Of a stretch of 51,007 nt of DNA, positions 13,367-25,589 are shown piece after piece. How positions within the stretch are numbered: the stretch's first letter is position 1; each line of letters opens with the position of its first letter. Position numbers and translations under genes: made by a program. The notes below the pieces were generated by a model that saw only the letters and a list, made by a program, of their open reading frames with translations, searched no databases and was not told where the DNA came from. The stretch is from Girardia tigrina (Eukaryota): the NCBI GenBank assembly GCA_001938485.1, contig MQRK01218487.1:25671-76677 (forward strand), in the 5' to 3' direction.

Positions 13367-14543
13367 ACTAGAACTAGTAAATCAAAAAATTAAATTTTTT
13401 ATATCCATTCTTTATGTAGGCGGAACTCTACTTTACCAACAAAGATTTTTAAATTTAAAAAATTTCAATTAAAAAAAACATTAAACATTAATATAAAATA
13501 CTTATAATTTATAAATAGATATCTTGCAATTAATATTTTTCGATAACTCCGAATTTTCTGTTTTTTTCCCATTTTGGGATCTTAAAAAGAGTTTGCCGAA
13601 CAAAAGGAGCTAAATATACATCTCAAGCGGAATCTCACACGGAATCCACAGTAAGCATCCCGCTTCAGCTCCCAGAAGATGAAAAACCGTTCAAATGTAC
13701 CAAATGCAGCATAGGTTACAAAACGAAAGGATGGTTCACTAGGCATCTGCGTAAAGATCATCGAATAGAAGCGAGGGAGAATATCAATGAACATCCGACA
13801 GAATCATTAATGCAATCCAACAGAAGAAGCGACAATCCAGACAGAGACGAAGAACCCACACTTATCCAAACGACCAATTTTCAGCCAGCAACAGTCACCC
13901 CGACTATTTCAACTGTGGTGGAGCAAACGACTTATCCCGAAGATACACATTTGACTTTTAGGATTGCAGATCCAAATGCGAGGGGAAAGTTCAAATGTCC
14001 CTTTCGCGGCTGTACCAAGTCCACCAATACATCCAAAGGGATGCTCAATCATGGTACCACAATTCATGATTGGTCGTTTGCAACAGGGAAGCCGATGAAA
14101 CTTTGGAGACTGAAGCACTCCGTCCCCGTTGGAGGCCTATCGGGGGGAAGCTAGCACTCTTTAGTTTGGGTGGACCCTCTAAAGAGCCTAGTGGCTCAAT
14201 ACCATTTGAAAGAGATGGGAGGCCCATTTAGCGAATAGTATTTTATTAGTATTTTCATAAAACTTTTCACGAAATTTCTTGTAGGAATCATTAAAATCGT
14301 CATTATTCAAAATCAGTGTTAATTTAACCTTTTAACGACTTGTACGGTTTTCGATCGATTTCATCGGCTTCCGGGCGTCTTTCGGCGAAGGCGCTGTACT
14401 GACAAAATTTTATTGATGCAGCCTATTCAAATTTACCACGTTCTTAAATGGATTCATTCTGGTTCCTCCGCAATTTCACATTGAACAGCGTGACCGACAA
14501 ACAAACAAACAAACTTTTTAGACAAATATTATTTATATATATA
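13367..14543 (-). mobile_element. Non-autonomous Helitron-like element interrupted by a zinc-finger insert
   Basis: The left end ACTAG reads as a CTAG 3' end on -. The right end has (ACAA)n followed by TATATAT. 13371-13583 aligns with 42066-42270; related ends occur at ~26918 and ~27490. Confidence 0.6.
13585..14250 (+). mobile_element. Triple-C2H2 zinc-finger module, copy 1 (probable 3' end of a non-LTR retrotransposon)
   Basis: KEFAEQKELNIHLKRN / frameshift / KPFKCTKCSIGYKTKGWFTRHLRKDH / KFKCPFRGCTKSTNTSKGMLNHGTTIH. Stop at 14154, hairpin at 14157-14186, tail of two TAGTATTTT units. Absent from the related Helitron-like copy at 42066. Confidence 0.7.
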
Positions 14544-15938
14544 CATGTAAGAAGTTATATATTAAGAATTTAAAATCTATAAATAATAAAAGAATTTCAA
14601 AACTTTTTCTTATTAAAAATATTTTATTCTATTAGTTTGTATTACAATTTTTCGAATAATACATTATTTTATAAAGGTAATTCATGATTATAATAAAAAT
14701 AATTAAACCATACTTTATTGAGTCTGCAAGACTTAAAAAGTTAAATGAAGGGTTTTATTTTTACAAAATAATTTTTTTTGTATTATTTATAAGAACAAAA
14801 ATATATTTAAATTACTTCCATCTATTATTAAAAATATAATTGCATAAATTAAATAAAATAATTTGTGTAAAAAATAAAAATTTATATATTAATGGTAATG
14901 CAATTGTAAATTTATAAAACTACAAATCAAAATATAAATATTATATATATATTTTTATTCTAAAGAATAATGAGATATTTAAAAGAAACTTAAAGACCTC
15001 AAAATGAAAATAATATTTTATTGGTAATATCGACGTCTGTCAGTGTCTACTTATTAACTGTCAACTCGAATTTATATTGCTATTCTTCAATAGGACGAAA
15101 AAGTTGCCGAAAATCTTTAAATTTTTCCCAAAAGAAATATTAAATCTATTTTTTGTTATAATTGTGTGTCAGGAAATCTTGTTTGTTTTAATCGGTATTA
15201 TCGTTTAATTTTCTAAAGTGATCAATTATAGTTAAAGTCATTTTTTTGTTTGAAATGATATAATTTCAAATATTAATCATTTTTATTCAAATATTAGTAA
15301 ATAATCAGTATTAATTTAATTAATTTATGTATTAATTTATTTCAAAAAATATTGTTTTATTATTATTAAGGACACAAGAGTGATTTTCATAAGATTTATT
15401 TTTATGAAAAAAATCAGTGATCAGTCTCTGATTGTACATTTCAATGTTCTGCGAAAACAACCAATATTTAAACAAACTGTCTTTTATCAAATTTATAAAA
15501 AATAAATTAATTAATTTAATTTTAAGACAGTTTCCAAAAATACTAATTGTTTGGGAGAGTTTGAATTTTAATTCACATCATTGAAGAATACATTTACATT
15601 AAACATTTCATACAAACATGTATAATTTCAGACATACCTTACAATTAGAATGTACAATTTTTATATTTTGAAATTTGGTAGATTTAATAAATAAAGATTT
15701 TTATTTCTGTATTTCTTACAAAAGTACAAAAATTAGGAAAACTATAAAACTGGAAGCAAGATATATTGAGGTCGGGACGTTTCGACACCAGACGTTATTT
15801 AAGTGTACTGACATCATGATTATATTATTTAAAAAAATATAATGTGAATGTTTTTACAATTTTATTATAAATATTTTTTCAAGGATATGTTTTATTTTTT
15901 AATACTTTATTTAAATTATAATATATATTTTAAATATA

Positions 15939-16800
15939 TTAGGTCGTCAAGTATGAAAATTGTAGAACTTAAGTCAAAGTTTATTAATAATCCACCAATA
16001 CAAATATTTACGACATTCATCAAAGTATACAATAATATTACCGACACATTTTCATGAAGTCATAATTCGTTAAACCACAAAACACTCACCATCAGCTTCG
16101 TTTGATGATTTTGTGTTGAAGACTGTTTTTGGTGCTTCATTCTTGTCCACCCAGCTTACTGAACATTTGCGATTGTCAAAATATATCGACTTTTTATCAC
16201 AAGTGACGGTTCGATTCAAAAAGTGATCACATTTATAACAAGAAAGCATCATCAAGCAAGCATCCAAATGCTTTTGCTTCTGATTTTTATTCAACTCATG
16301 TAAAATCCACTTATCAAACTTTTTCAATTTACCAATTTGATCAAGTGATTCAACAATGTTTGATTTGTAACAGCAAACGTTAGAGATAAATCATGATCAC
16401 TTTGTAATAGATTTGACTTCAGTTCGTCATTGTTTACCAGCGTTCCTGAACAGCCCTGAGACTCATTATTGAGGTTAAATTACCTTTCTCGAATTTCTTG
16501 AACCAATTTAAGACTGTCCGATAATAGGGATCAATCTTACGCACTTCATCAAAAACTTTCCAAATAAATGAATGATATAATCAGAGCTTTTGAATCAGTT
16601 TTCTGTGAACAGATTCTATAAGTTGTCATGTTTAGATTCATGGTTTATTGATCTAAAAATTTTTTTAATTGTGAAAATTAACAATTACTTGTAGTAAACG
16701 TAGGAGTGTCTTTTTAATATTTTGCCAATTTTTTTCACTTACGCTCTGAGAAATGTTCTAGATAAAAGAATAATTTGATCTTCCGACCAAACCATGCAAA
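15939..16800 (-). mobile_element. mariner transposon, internally deleted and decayed
   Basis: KKFDKWILHEL (WVPHEL) and FLNRTVTCDKKSIYFDN (first catalytic D, TxDEKW). TTAGGT-type terminus at ~15939. Confidence 0.85.
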
Positions 16801-16989
16801 AAAACCATAATCCACATTTTCATCTTTGGTAAAACAAGATTTTTTTATTTTTCAGCTAGTAATTTTATCAACGTTGGGCCATAACGTGAGCATATTATCT
16901 TATTTTACATAGACATATCTGGCACACAAGATAAATTTTGATATTATTATTATTATTATATAATTGTATGCTATTTTGAAATTGCACTA

Positions 16990-18900
16990 TTGTAGACGCA
17001 ATGGACAAAAATAGACTTTTTCCAGTTGAAATATATATCAAGTAAACCAAAATCTTGATTCAAAAAGAATATCTGTAGCTTTGGTACAGTGTTAATAACG
17101 AGCCAGATCTACAAACTAAAGTTGAAGATGTTCTGCAAAGACACAAAATTACTGGTCACAAAAAGAAGTGAAATTAGTTAATAATGTTAACAAGACAAGA
17201 GAACAAGATTTTTACAACTTCACACTTTCCTGTAGATGATACTCGGCCAATGTTAACCATACACTCATTCATTGTAGGTCAAAAACTAAAATCCCTAGCT
17301 AACTGGAGCTTTATCTTCTAAAAGTCATCAATGTAAAATACCTGTGCAAGATAAGCTATAAATTGACTTTACCAATAATATGTCCAGAAATGTTGTTTTT
17401 TCAGCAATCAGAATAATTTAAATGTTTTTTTAAATCAAGCGGAGAAATACGAATCTCTACTCTACATGAAATTTATTGAACAGATCCGTAAGCAGAGAAG
17501 CCTTTAAAGAAAAGTACGAGGTTGGATGAACTTTGAAAGCAGTAATACAATATAATTCTTCAAAAGAATGAAAAGAAGAAAATCAGCTTGAGCTGTTGAA
17601 AATTATAAATAATATTGTCTGTTATAATTCTGAAGAAGACAGAAAGTGTTTTATTTAAGCAAAGGAACCCTAAGAAAATTGTCAGATAAGCTCAAGAAAA
17701 ATGACGTTTTGATTTAGAAAGTGCGGTCATTAAACCGTTATTTCTAAAGCTAAACTCTAGCATGGAAGAAGCAATTCATTTTAATACTATTCGAGATCGA
17801 CTGATTAGAGCTCAGAATAATAAGCAAGCTTTCCACCTTAATGATGAATAATTGTTAAAACTTTTCGATCCAAGATATGTCTACTTTTCAAGCGAAGATG
17901 ACAAAGCAAAACTTCTGCCAATGAACAAGTCTAAATAGTGATGCATGTGGACTACAGAATTCATTTACTGGATCATGATATCGTTATTGCAATATATATG
18001 AACCTAATTCCTTAAGTTAAAACTAGAATTATTATTAATCCTATTATTAATGCACTAGGAAAGTTGAATGCAGTTGGTTATGTTGGACAGACTTTTGCTG
18101 GTGTAAGACTTGAAACCCCTACAGCACAACTGTTTATCGTTATAGTCTGATTTTTGAACAATTACTTCAACTTCCTGAATTTGATAGCATCAAATAATGT
18201 TCAAATATTGGTAAACTAATTATTGCCATCATTATTTATAGAGGTACTTATAAAAATCCAAAGTACCAAAAATTCACTGATGTCTTTTTCAAATTTATGA
18301 TGCATGATATGGATGCAATGTATGTTGCGAAAAATGATTTAATCGAAAGACATTTAAAAAATTTGGAAGCAGAATGACACTGTTATCAAATGAACTTGCT
18401 GTTGAAATATTGCCCCATGATAACTTTGGAACTCATCTGGATTCTCTAGGTCCCACTAATGACATAAATCTGGACAAATTAAACTTCGAGCATGCAGGGA
18501 AAGTGATAGTAGAAATATAGTTTTAATATTAAGGCATATCAAATTGTATTGGAATATATTCATGCTAATATGCCTGGATTGAAAACCAATAGTTTGATTA
18601 ACAAGGTCTCTGATTAGTTTACTAAACATGCTCGTACAAGCCAATATTTTTTAAAAATCATAAAATTTACAGAAGTTCATGGTTGCTTGAAAGTTTGTTG
18701 AAAGTTATTCCGGAACGATATCCGCATCCTACAAATCCAGTCATTCAGAATTATCAGGTTTACAAGCACAATCTCTTAATGAAAGTGACGCACATTTTCC
18801 GAATTCCTTTATGAGCCAAATGCTTAAGGATAAAACTATTCTTTCTGGAACGTTCAACAACTTTTCACAGTTTCTATATGTCAAAAATTGCTCTTTCAAT
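16990..18900 (+). pseudogene. Decayed DDE transposase, most like the Zator superfamily (TP36/ISAzo13-related)
   Basis: Fragments FSSEDDKAKL, VMHVDYRIHLLDHD, YRGTYKNPKYQK..DAMYVA, and RMTLLSNELAVEILPHDNFGTHLD match the SQDDKA / EYRV.LPDHD / DGGPDENPRY / RRMAPLS.EL...LPHD.FG.HLD series. Many stops. Superfamily name is from recall of these motifs. Confidence 0.7.
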
Positions 18901-19133
18901 CAAAGTTATTGTGAGAAATGATTGTAACATAAACTTCAGAAATCTTTTTTTCTTTATTTAATTTCTAAATTTATTATTGTAAGTAGCGTTTATGCCACTT
19001 TCATTATTTTCAAATTCAGAACTCATAATTTAACACCACAATTTATTAATATAACAACAATTAACATATTTAAAAAAATTTTCATGTTAATTCAATTATC
19101 TTACCATATATTAATCTATTAAATTCTTTTCGA

Positions 19134-20549
19134 AGGAATGTAAAAAAATGGCAATTGATATTCATTATTAAAAAGTGAACGCCATTTTTCACAATTTATT
19201 TTCGTAATTAATTTCGGCGGATTACTCGCCATCTTCAAACTAAATTAACACTGGCTTTGTGCAGCTTATATATGAGAAAGGTGATTATGCAATCAATCAT
19301 GTAATAAAGGCTCTATTTGAAAATGTTTAACAGAGAAGTTGAGTGTGAAGCTTGAATATTAATTTTTATATCCTTGGATCTTATTAATAAGGCCTCACAC
19401 GTTACTCTCTCCCAGTAATTTTTAAATCGATTACACAGAATTTTAAAATCATTTTCTCCGATTTTCTTTTTACATTTTAAATTATGTTCGGCANNNNNNN
19501 NNNNNNNNNNNNNNNNNNNNNNNNNNNNNNNNNNNNNNNNNNNNNNNNNNNNNNNNNNNNNNNNNNNNNNNNNNNNNNNNNNNNNNNNNNNNNNNNNNNN
19601 NNNNNNNNNNNNNNNNNNNNNNNNNNNNNNNNNNNNNNNNNNNNNNNNNNNNNNNNNNNNNNNNNNNNNNNNNNNNNNNNNNNNNNNNNNNNNNNNNNNN
19701 NNNNNNNNNNNNNNNNNNNNNNNNNNNNNNNNNNNNNNNNNNNNNNNNNNNNNNNNNNNNNNNNNNNNNNNNNNNNNNNNNNNNNNNNNNNNNNNNNNNN
19801 NNNNNNNNNNNNNNNNNNNNNNNNNNNNNNNNNNNNNNNNNNNNNNNNNNNNNNNNNNNNNNNNNNNNNNNNNNNNNNNNNNNNNNNNNNNNNNNNNNNN
19901 NNNNNNNNNNNNNNNNNNNNNNNNNNNNNNNNNNNNNNNNNNNNNNNNNNNNNNNNNNNNNNNNNNNNNNNNNNNNNNNNNNNNNNNNNNNNNNNNNNNN
20001 NNNNNNNNNNNNNNNNNNNNNNNNNNNNNNNNNNNNNNNNNNNNNNNNNNNNNNNNNNNNNNNNNNNNNNNNNNNNNNNNNNNNNNNNNNNNNNNNNNNN
20101 NNNNNNNNNNNNNNNNNNNNNNNNNNNNNNNNNNNNNNNNNNNNNNNNNNNNNNNNNNNNNNNNNNNNNNNNNNNNNNNNNNNNNNNNNNNNNNNNNNNN
20201 NNNNNNNNNNNNNGGGAGCAATATTGCCGAACATAATTTAAAATGTAAAAAGAAAATCGGAGAAAATGATTTTAAAATTCTGTGTAATCGATTTAAAAAT
20301 TACTGGGAGAGAGTAACGTTTGAGGCCTTATTTAATCAGATCCATGGGTCCAAAAATTAATATTCAAGCTTCACACTCAACTTCTCTGTTAAACATTTTC
20401 AAATAGAGCCTTTATTACATGATTGATTGCATAATCACCTTTCTCATATAAGCTGCAAAAAGCCAGTGTTAATTTAGTCTGAAGATGGCGAGTAATCCGC
20501 CGAAATTAATTACGAAAATAAATTGTGAAAAATGGTGTTCACTTTTTAA
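19134..20549. mobile_element. Penelope-like element with head-to-head inverted 3' ends around a gap
   Basis: 19165-19493 (-) and 20225-20549 (+) are near-identical inverted copies encoding a GIY-YIG C-terminus (AEHNLKC..FKILC..YWERVTCEALLI..INIQ). Flanked by the direct repeat TAAATTCTTTTCGA at 19120-19133 and 20550-20563. Confidence 0.88.
20471..20524 (+). ncRNA. Minimal type I hammerhead ribozyme (PLE-associated)
   Basis: CUGAAGA (20479-20485), stem II GGCG/CGCC, GAAA (20502-20505), palindromic stem III AATTAATT, and stem I AATTTA-GT pairing with AC..TAAATT. Confidence 0.75.
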
Positions 20550-22339
20550 TAAATTCTTTTCGATTCAATTTTTAAAATCTTGCAAATTTTAAACTTTAAA
20601 CTTATTAAATAATTTTGTCATTAAAACTAAAAATTTATTTAAAATCTTTTCATAACTAATAAAATACATAAATTGTTATAACTGTAAAAATATTTCTATT
20701 TATAAATAAATATTTAATATTTAATGGTTTTCTTATCATTTTTAGTTTTTAAAATATTTAAAAAACACATTAAAAACATATTTTATTTTTAAATACGTAT
20801 TTAATTTTTTAATAGTTGCTTCATTATATCATTTTTAATTTTAAAATATTTAAAACCACATTAACATTAAAATATTTTAACTTTTAAATTAAAAAAATAA
20901 TAAATTATTTTGGTGAGATTCAAATTTAAATTAATTATTAATTATTAATTAATTTTCATTTTCAAACAAATTTTGCATTTTTTTTAAAAACGTTTTTTTA
21001 ATATTTTTACTATTTTTAGAAATTTATGAAAATACGTTATTTTTAATATAATTTTTTTTATATTTTAAGAATTTAATTTTTTTACTCATCTCCTTTAAAA
21101 TAATTTAAAATTTGGAAAATAAATTTTTTACAAATATTAATAAAATATTTTAATAGAATTCAAATTATTTTTTTAAAATACTATTTTCTCTGTTATCTAT
21201 TTTGATCAACTCATTTTTCTACGAATATAATATTTTAATTCAAATAAATTTATAAAGAATATTTTAAATTCTAATTTAAAATATTTAAGTATTATTCTAA
21301 TTAATTTTTAAAATATTTAATTAGGTTTCAGTTCCAAATAATCGTTTTTTTAAAAACTATTTAAATTTTGATCAGAGAACTAAAATTAATTTCCTCCTCA
21401 TAGTTATCTTTTAAACCTCATCTGCAAACTTTGTGGTTAACAAAATACAATGAAAAAACTCTAAGACTCGTTATGAAATATAAAATTTACAATGTTTGAA
21501 CAACATTTGTTACAAGTACCAAAAAACATTCATTAAAATTGATTTTTCATTAAATTTTAATATAAACCTAGAAAAAGGGTAGACAAAACTTTGAAAAATA
21601 TGGAAAAGTTTATAGTGGTGATTTTTCATCCTCAGCAATCCTTTAATTATTGGTTGAAAAAGTTCAAACAGAACCGGTATTCAGAAAGTTGTACTACATA
21701 TTTGGACTTAATTTTTAGAATCCAGAAATGGAAAAGACGCTTTTGGTCAGTTTTGACCAACCTTACAATTTCCAAGTAATGGAGTTCAAAAGTAGCTTAT
21801 GAAAATAATTACTTTTGTAAAAGATGAAGATGTTAAATGGTAAAATGAAGTAGATGGAGAAGAAACCGACTTAGAGGTTCCAAATACTGAAAACGAAGAA
21901 AACATACATCTTCCTTTGGTTGCGCTTAGACAGGTACCATAAATGAACTTAGCTGAAAAACTGATTTTTGATTCGATATGACAGATGCTTGATATTATCA
22001 AAACGTATAATAAACGAAACTGTTATGTTAAAACTTAACTGTACATTGGGAAATAAATAAAGTATTTTTATTACATTTTTACTATTTGCTTTGAAGATTG
22101 GATCCACTCACTGAGTTACTGCGCTTAAATTATTTGCTAAATAAGCCGTTTTCTTTAATTCTTCTTTTGTAAACTCATCTCTTTATGATTCTTCTTACAT
22201 TTATATATGATTTCTTCTTTTTCTTGATTTGACTACAAAAACCACATTTTCCTTATACGGCAATACATTCACTCTTCTCTGGGTTAAAAGTTTAAAACGT
22301 TTTCCAAGGGATGATGTGGCAGATATTTTATCATAATTA

Positions 22340-23535
22340 CCGCATATACTCGAGTATAGGTCGGTTCGAGTATGTCGAAGTGTACTTTTTCGACTTGAAA
22401 AGTGAATAAAATTAAAGGTTCAAGTATAAGTCAAAACATGAAAAATTGTTTCAATTTTAATTTACAACACAAAAAATTAACATGAAAATTCATGTAAAAA
22501 TTCAGAGACGAACTTAACATTTTTTGGCACTGTTTTTCGTTTGAAGATCACCACTGGCTTTAACTTAGTTCCGTCTGCCATGCATGCTAGCACGACAGTA
22601 AATCGCGTTTTTTCTTCTCCTGTAGTTTTTATCATGATCATTTTGGCACCAGCTGAATTAACGGTTCGATTTGATGGCATATCAAATGTTATTGGGGATT
22701 CGTCCATATTTCCGATCTGCGATAAATCATAATCGTGTAGTTTTCTGTGCTTGATAACAAATCGATGAAAAGATTGAATCTTTTCTTCCAACGCAGCTGG
22801 CAGTTTCTGTGCAATCTTTGTTCTTTGGCGTAGAGTTAATGAAAATCTGTCCATAAATTTCGAGCACCAACCCGAAGATGCTAAGAATGTAGTGATGCTA
22901 GGCAAGGTCTTGTACTTTTCACTTTTCTTAAGCTGGAGGGCTCGCAGTCTAATGCAGTTACGTGTGACGATGTAGCCTTCTTGCCGTTGAGATACTACCC
23001 AATCATTTCATTCATCTTCCAAATTTTGGAACTATGATATATTTCCACGGCGTGCACGCTTCGTTCTTGGCATACTATTTAATTCCTCCTTGATCTTCCG
23101 CCAATCGCGAATTAGTTTTTCATCAACATTGAATTCCCTCATTGCATTCGAGTTGCCGTAAATTTCTGCAAACGCAACAACTTTAATCTTAAATCGAGAT
23201 TCATATGATTGCCGTTTCCTTTTCGATTCGGCCATTGTATAAGTAAACATTAAAATATTTTATCATAAAAAATTTTATTAACGCAATAGTTTAAAAGAAA
23301 TAACCATAGAAATAGCAGAAATATATAGTCAATAATAAAATAAAACAAATTAATTTAATTATTTTAAACAAAATATAATTTTTACTAGTTTTTTCAATAC
23401 TGTTGATGGTAAGCATGTTCATTCTCTCTAAAATTTTACTTTTTTAAACGTTTTTGTCTCGAGTACAAGTCGAAATGGTATTTTATCATCCAAAAAACAG
23501 AAAAAAATGTCCGACTTATACTCGAGTATACACGG
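22340..23535 (-). mobile_element. pogo-family (POGK/Tc2-like) DNA transposon, internally deleted
   Basis: TIRs CCGcaTATACTCGAGTATAgGTCG and CGACTTATACTCGAGTATAcaCGG with TA on both sides. Transposase has a Brinker-like DBD (RQSYESRFKIKVVAFAE), a CENP-B HTH (FLASSGWCSKFMDR) and the DDE_1 start (IGNMDESPITFDMP..GTKLKPVVIFK), then is truncated. Confidence 0.95.
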
Positions 23536-23723
23536 TAATTTAGATAGGTTTAAAAAAGTTTTGACATGGAGGAATACGGGGATAAAAAACGGGAAATGTA
23601 ACACCCTTTATGGACAGTCCCTTAAATTATAAATTGTAACGAAATTCAAACTTTTGCAACAATACTTCGTTATGTAATATCGACATGATTCGATACTTTT
23701 TTCAAAAATTTTTTTTGAAATTA

Positions 23724-24400
23724 CAGTGAAAGCCGCCTGATAGGATCACTGGTTAATAGGACCAGCCGCTTATTAGGACCAAATTCTGTGGGACCGGATC
23801 ATTTCCTATGTTTCGAATATTAAAGCAGCCGCTTAATAGGAGCAGTAAAAGTCGGTTAATGGGACCACTCATGAAACTGTTTGACCTTTCAAACAACATG
23901 AAAGTCATGAAAAACGTATATTTAGCGTAGGTCATACACCCACCCCAATCAACATACACATACATACGTAACAAAGAAGTAGGTGTTGACTGAATTTGTA
24001 TTTACTGTATTTGTTCTTATCTCTTTAGCTGCAGAGAGCCCTGTAACATTTGTAGCACACACACACAGGACACAGCAAGAGGAAAAGTGTCCTGCAAGCA
24101 AACGTACAGTTAGTGGCGGTAGCTCCATACACTTACCATCCCAGGTACACATGCGTGTGTGTCGCCTAACTCGACATCAATCTTGCTAGAGCACAATGGG
24201 AGGGTTGCAGACTAGCTGCTGACGAGAGCTGCAGCAAGCTCACACCCTCTTATGAAATCGTCACCACCAACTTCTCTCTTGTAGCAACTTGAAAAGTGTA
24301 CTTTGTCAAAAAATAACACCACTTCGCTTAATGGGACCAGTCGATTAATAGGACCAGTTGGGCTTGGGACAAATGTGGTCCTATTAAGTGCCTTACACTG
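23724..24400. mobile_element. Tigger/pogo-type MITE
   Basis: TA|CAGTGAAAGCCGC.. and ..AAGTGCCTTACACTG termini. Repeated subterminal TAAT(A/G)GGACC motifs at both ends; no coding capacity. Confidence 0.8.
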
Positions 24401-25019
24401 AATTTAAAAGATCCTAAACTTTCATCAGAAACAGAAATGAATGTTTATGCAACGGTTAATTTAATCTATAAATAATATATCATGCAAATCTAATATTCAT
24501 ACTTTATGATTCTGGGTTTATAAAAGTATTTTTGATAAAAATTTAAAATTCATAGAACAAGAAAAATTTTTAAAACGACCAAAAAGGATCAAAAATCAAT
24601 ACATTTTGAAAAGTTTTCAATGTCCTCAAATTGTAACAAAAATAAAGACAAGAAAGATAAATAATTGACAAACAATTAAAAAAAAAGAACTAATTAAATT
24701 GGATGGGTCAAATGAATAATTTATTTTGTAAAATGAATTCAAATCTTCTGATGTCCAAGACAGGAGATGGAATTACAATTTATGTAGACGAAAAATTAAT
24801 TGCTTTTAATTTTCTTTTTTTTTGTTATTTTATTCCAATGAAAATTAAATTGAGTCATAAATTTGACAATGTCAATAAAAAATAATTTAATTAAAAATGT
24901 TTTCATATATTTGTATTTTAATTTTTTTGTCAATCTGTAATTTTGCTTATTAATAATTTAGTTTTAAAACAAAAGAAACTCAAATCTTCCTTTCTTTTTA
25001 GTTCTTTATTATGATTTAA

Positions 25020-25575
25020 CTTAATAAATGATAGGGAATGACCTAATGTTTAGATTTTTATCTCTAAACGCTTTGTGACCGTTCAATCTCTATTATGGTA
25101 CTGAGCCTCAGGCTCTTTAGTGGGTCTAACCAAACTAAAGAGCCTTTCAAGTCTCGTTAGTTCTCCTACGAGCCCCCTTTTAGAATGTCCAATAATGTAC
25201 ATTATACCAATGACTGACCATACACTTGGAGGTGTTCATGGACTTAACACAGCCTTGAAACGGACATTCGAATGTTTCTTTTACATATATTTCTGCTATT
25301 TAGAACTCAAAGTTGGTTTCAGTATTCATCTTCAATGTTACTGTCTTAGTTAAATTCGGATGCTCTGTAGGTAGCACATTTGTTGGAAATCGGTTCATCT
25401 TGGTCTTTGAGTTTCCTTCAGCAACTCATTTTCTCCTTTCTTGTGGTAGTTTCTAAGGTGGCATGAATTGGAATAAAGGGAGTAGTGGAAACCTTTGCTC
25501 GGTTTGGTTAATTGGTGGTTCTTATTCACCTGCCGGTTGAGTTCCATTTGTTCCACGAATATTTTCATATTGGTG
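25020..25575 (-). mobile_element. Triple-C2H2 zinc-finger module, copy 2 (older, diverged)
   Basis: Minus translation KIFVEQMELNRQVNKNH / TKPSKGF..HLRNYH / F*IAEIYVKETFECPFQGCVKSMNTSKCMVSHWYNVHYWTF is collinear with copy 1. Same downstream hairpin at 25110-25145. Confidence 0.75.
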
Positions 25576-25589
25576 TTTTTTTTTAATTT

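Noticed and set aside
13810-14154. Host C2H2 transcription-factor gene
   Set aside because: It is frameshifted, 5'-truncated, intronless, embedded in a repeat, and has a second decayed copy at 25020-25575.
19313-20236. Long ORFs of 250-302 aa in the ORF track
   Set aside because: They are made of N-gap translations; only the PLE endonuclease tail is real.
21400-22000. Possible decayed transposase C-terminus with acidic tail
   Set aside because: No diagnostic motif could be read with confidence.
23724-24400. CRISPR-like array from recurring TAAT(A/G)GGACC motifs
   Set aside because: The motifs are short, irregularly spaced and confined to the ends of a TIR element, so they are subterminal transposase-binding repeats.
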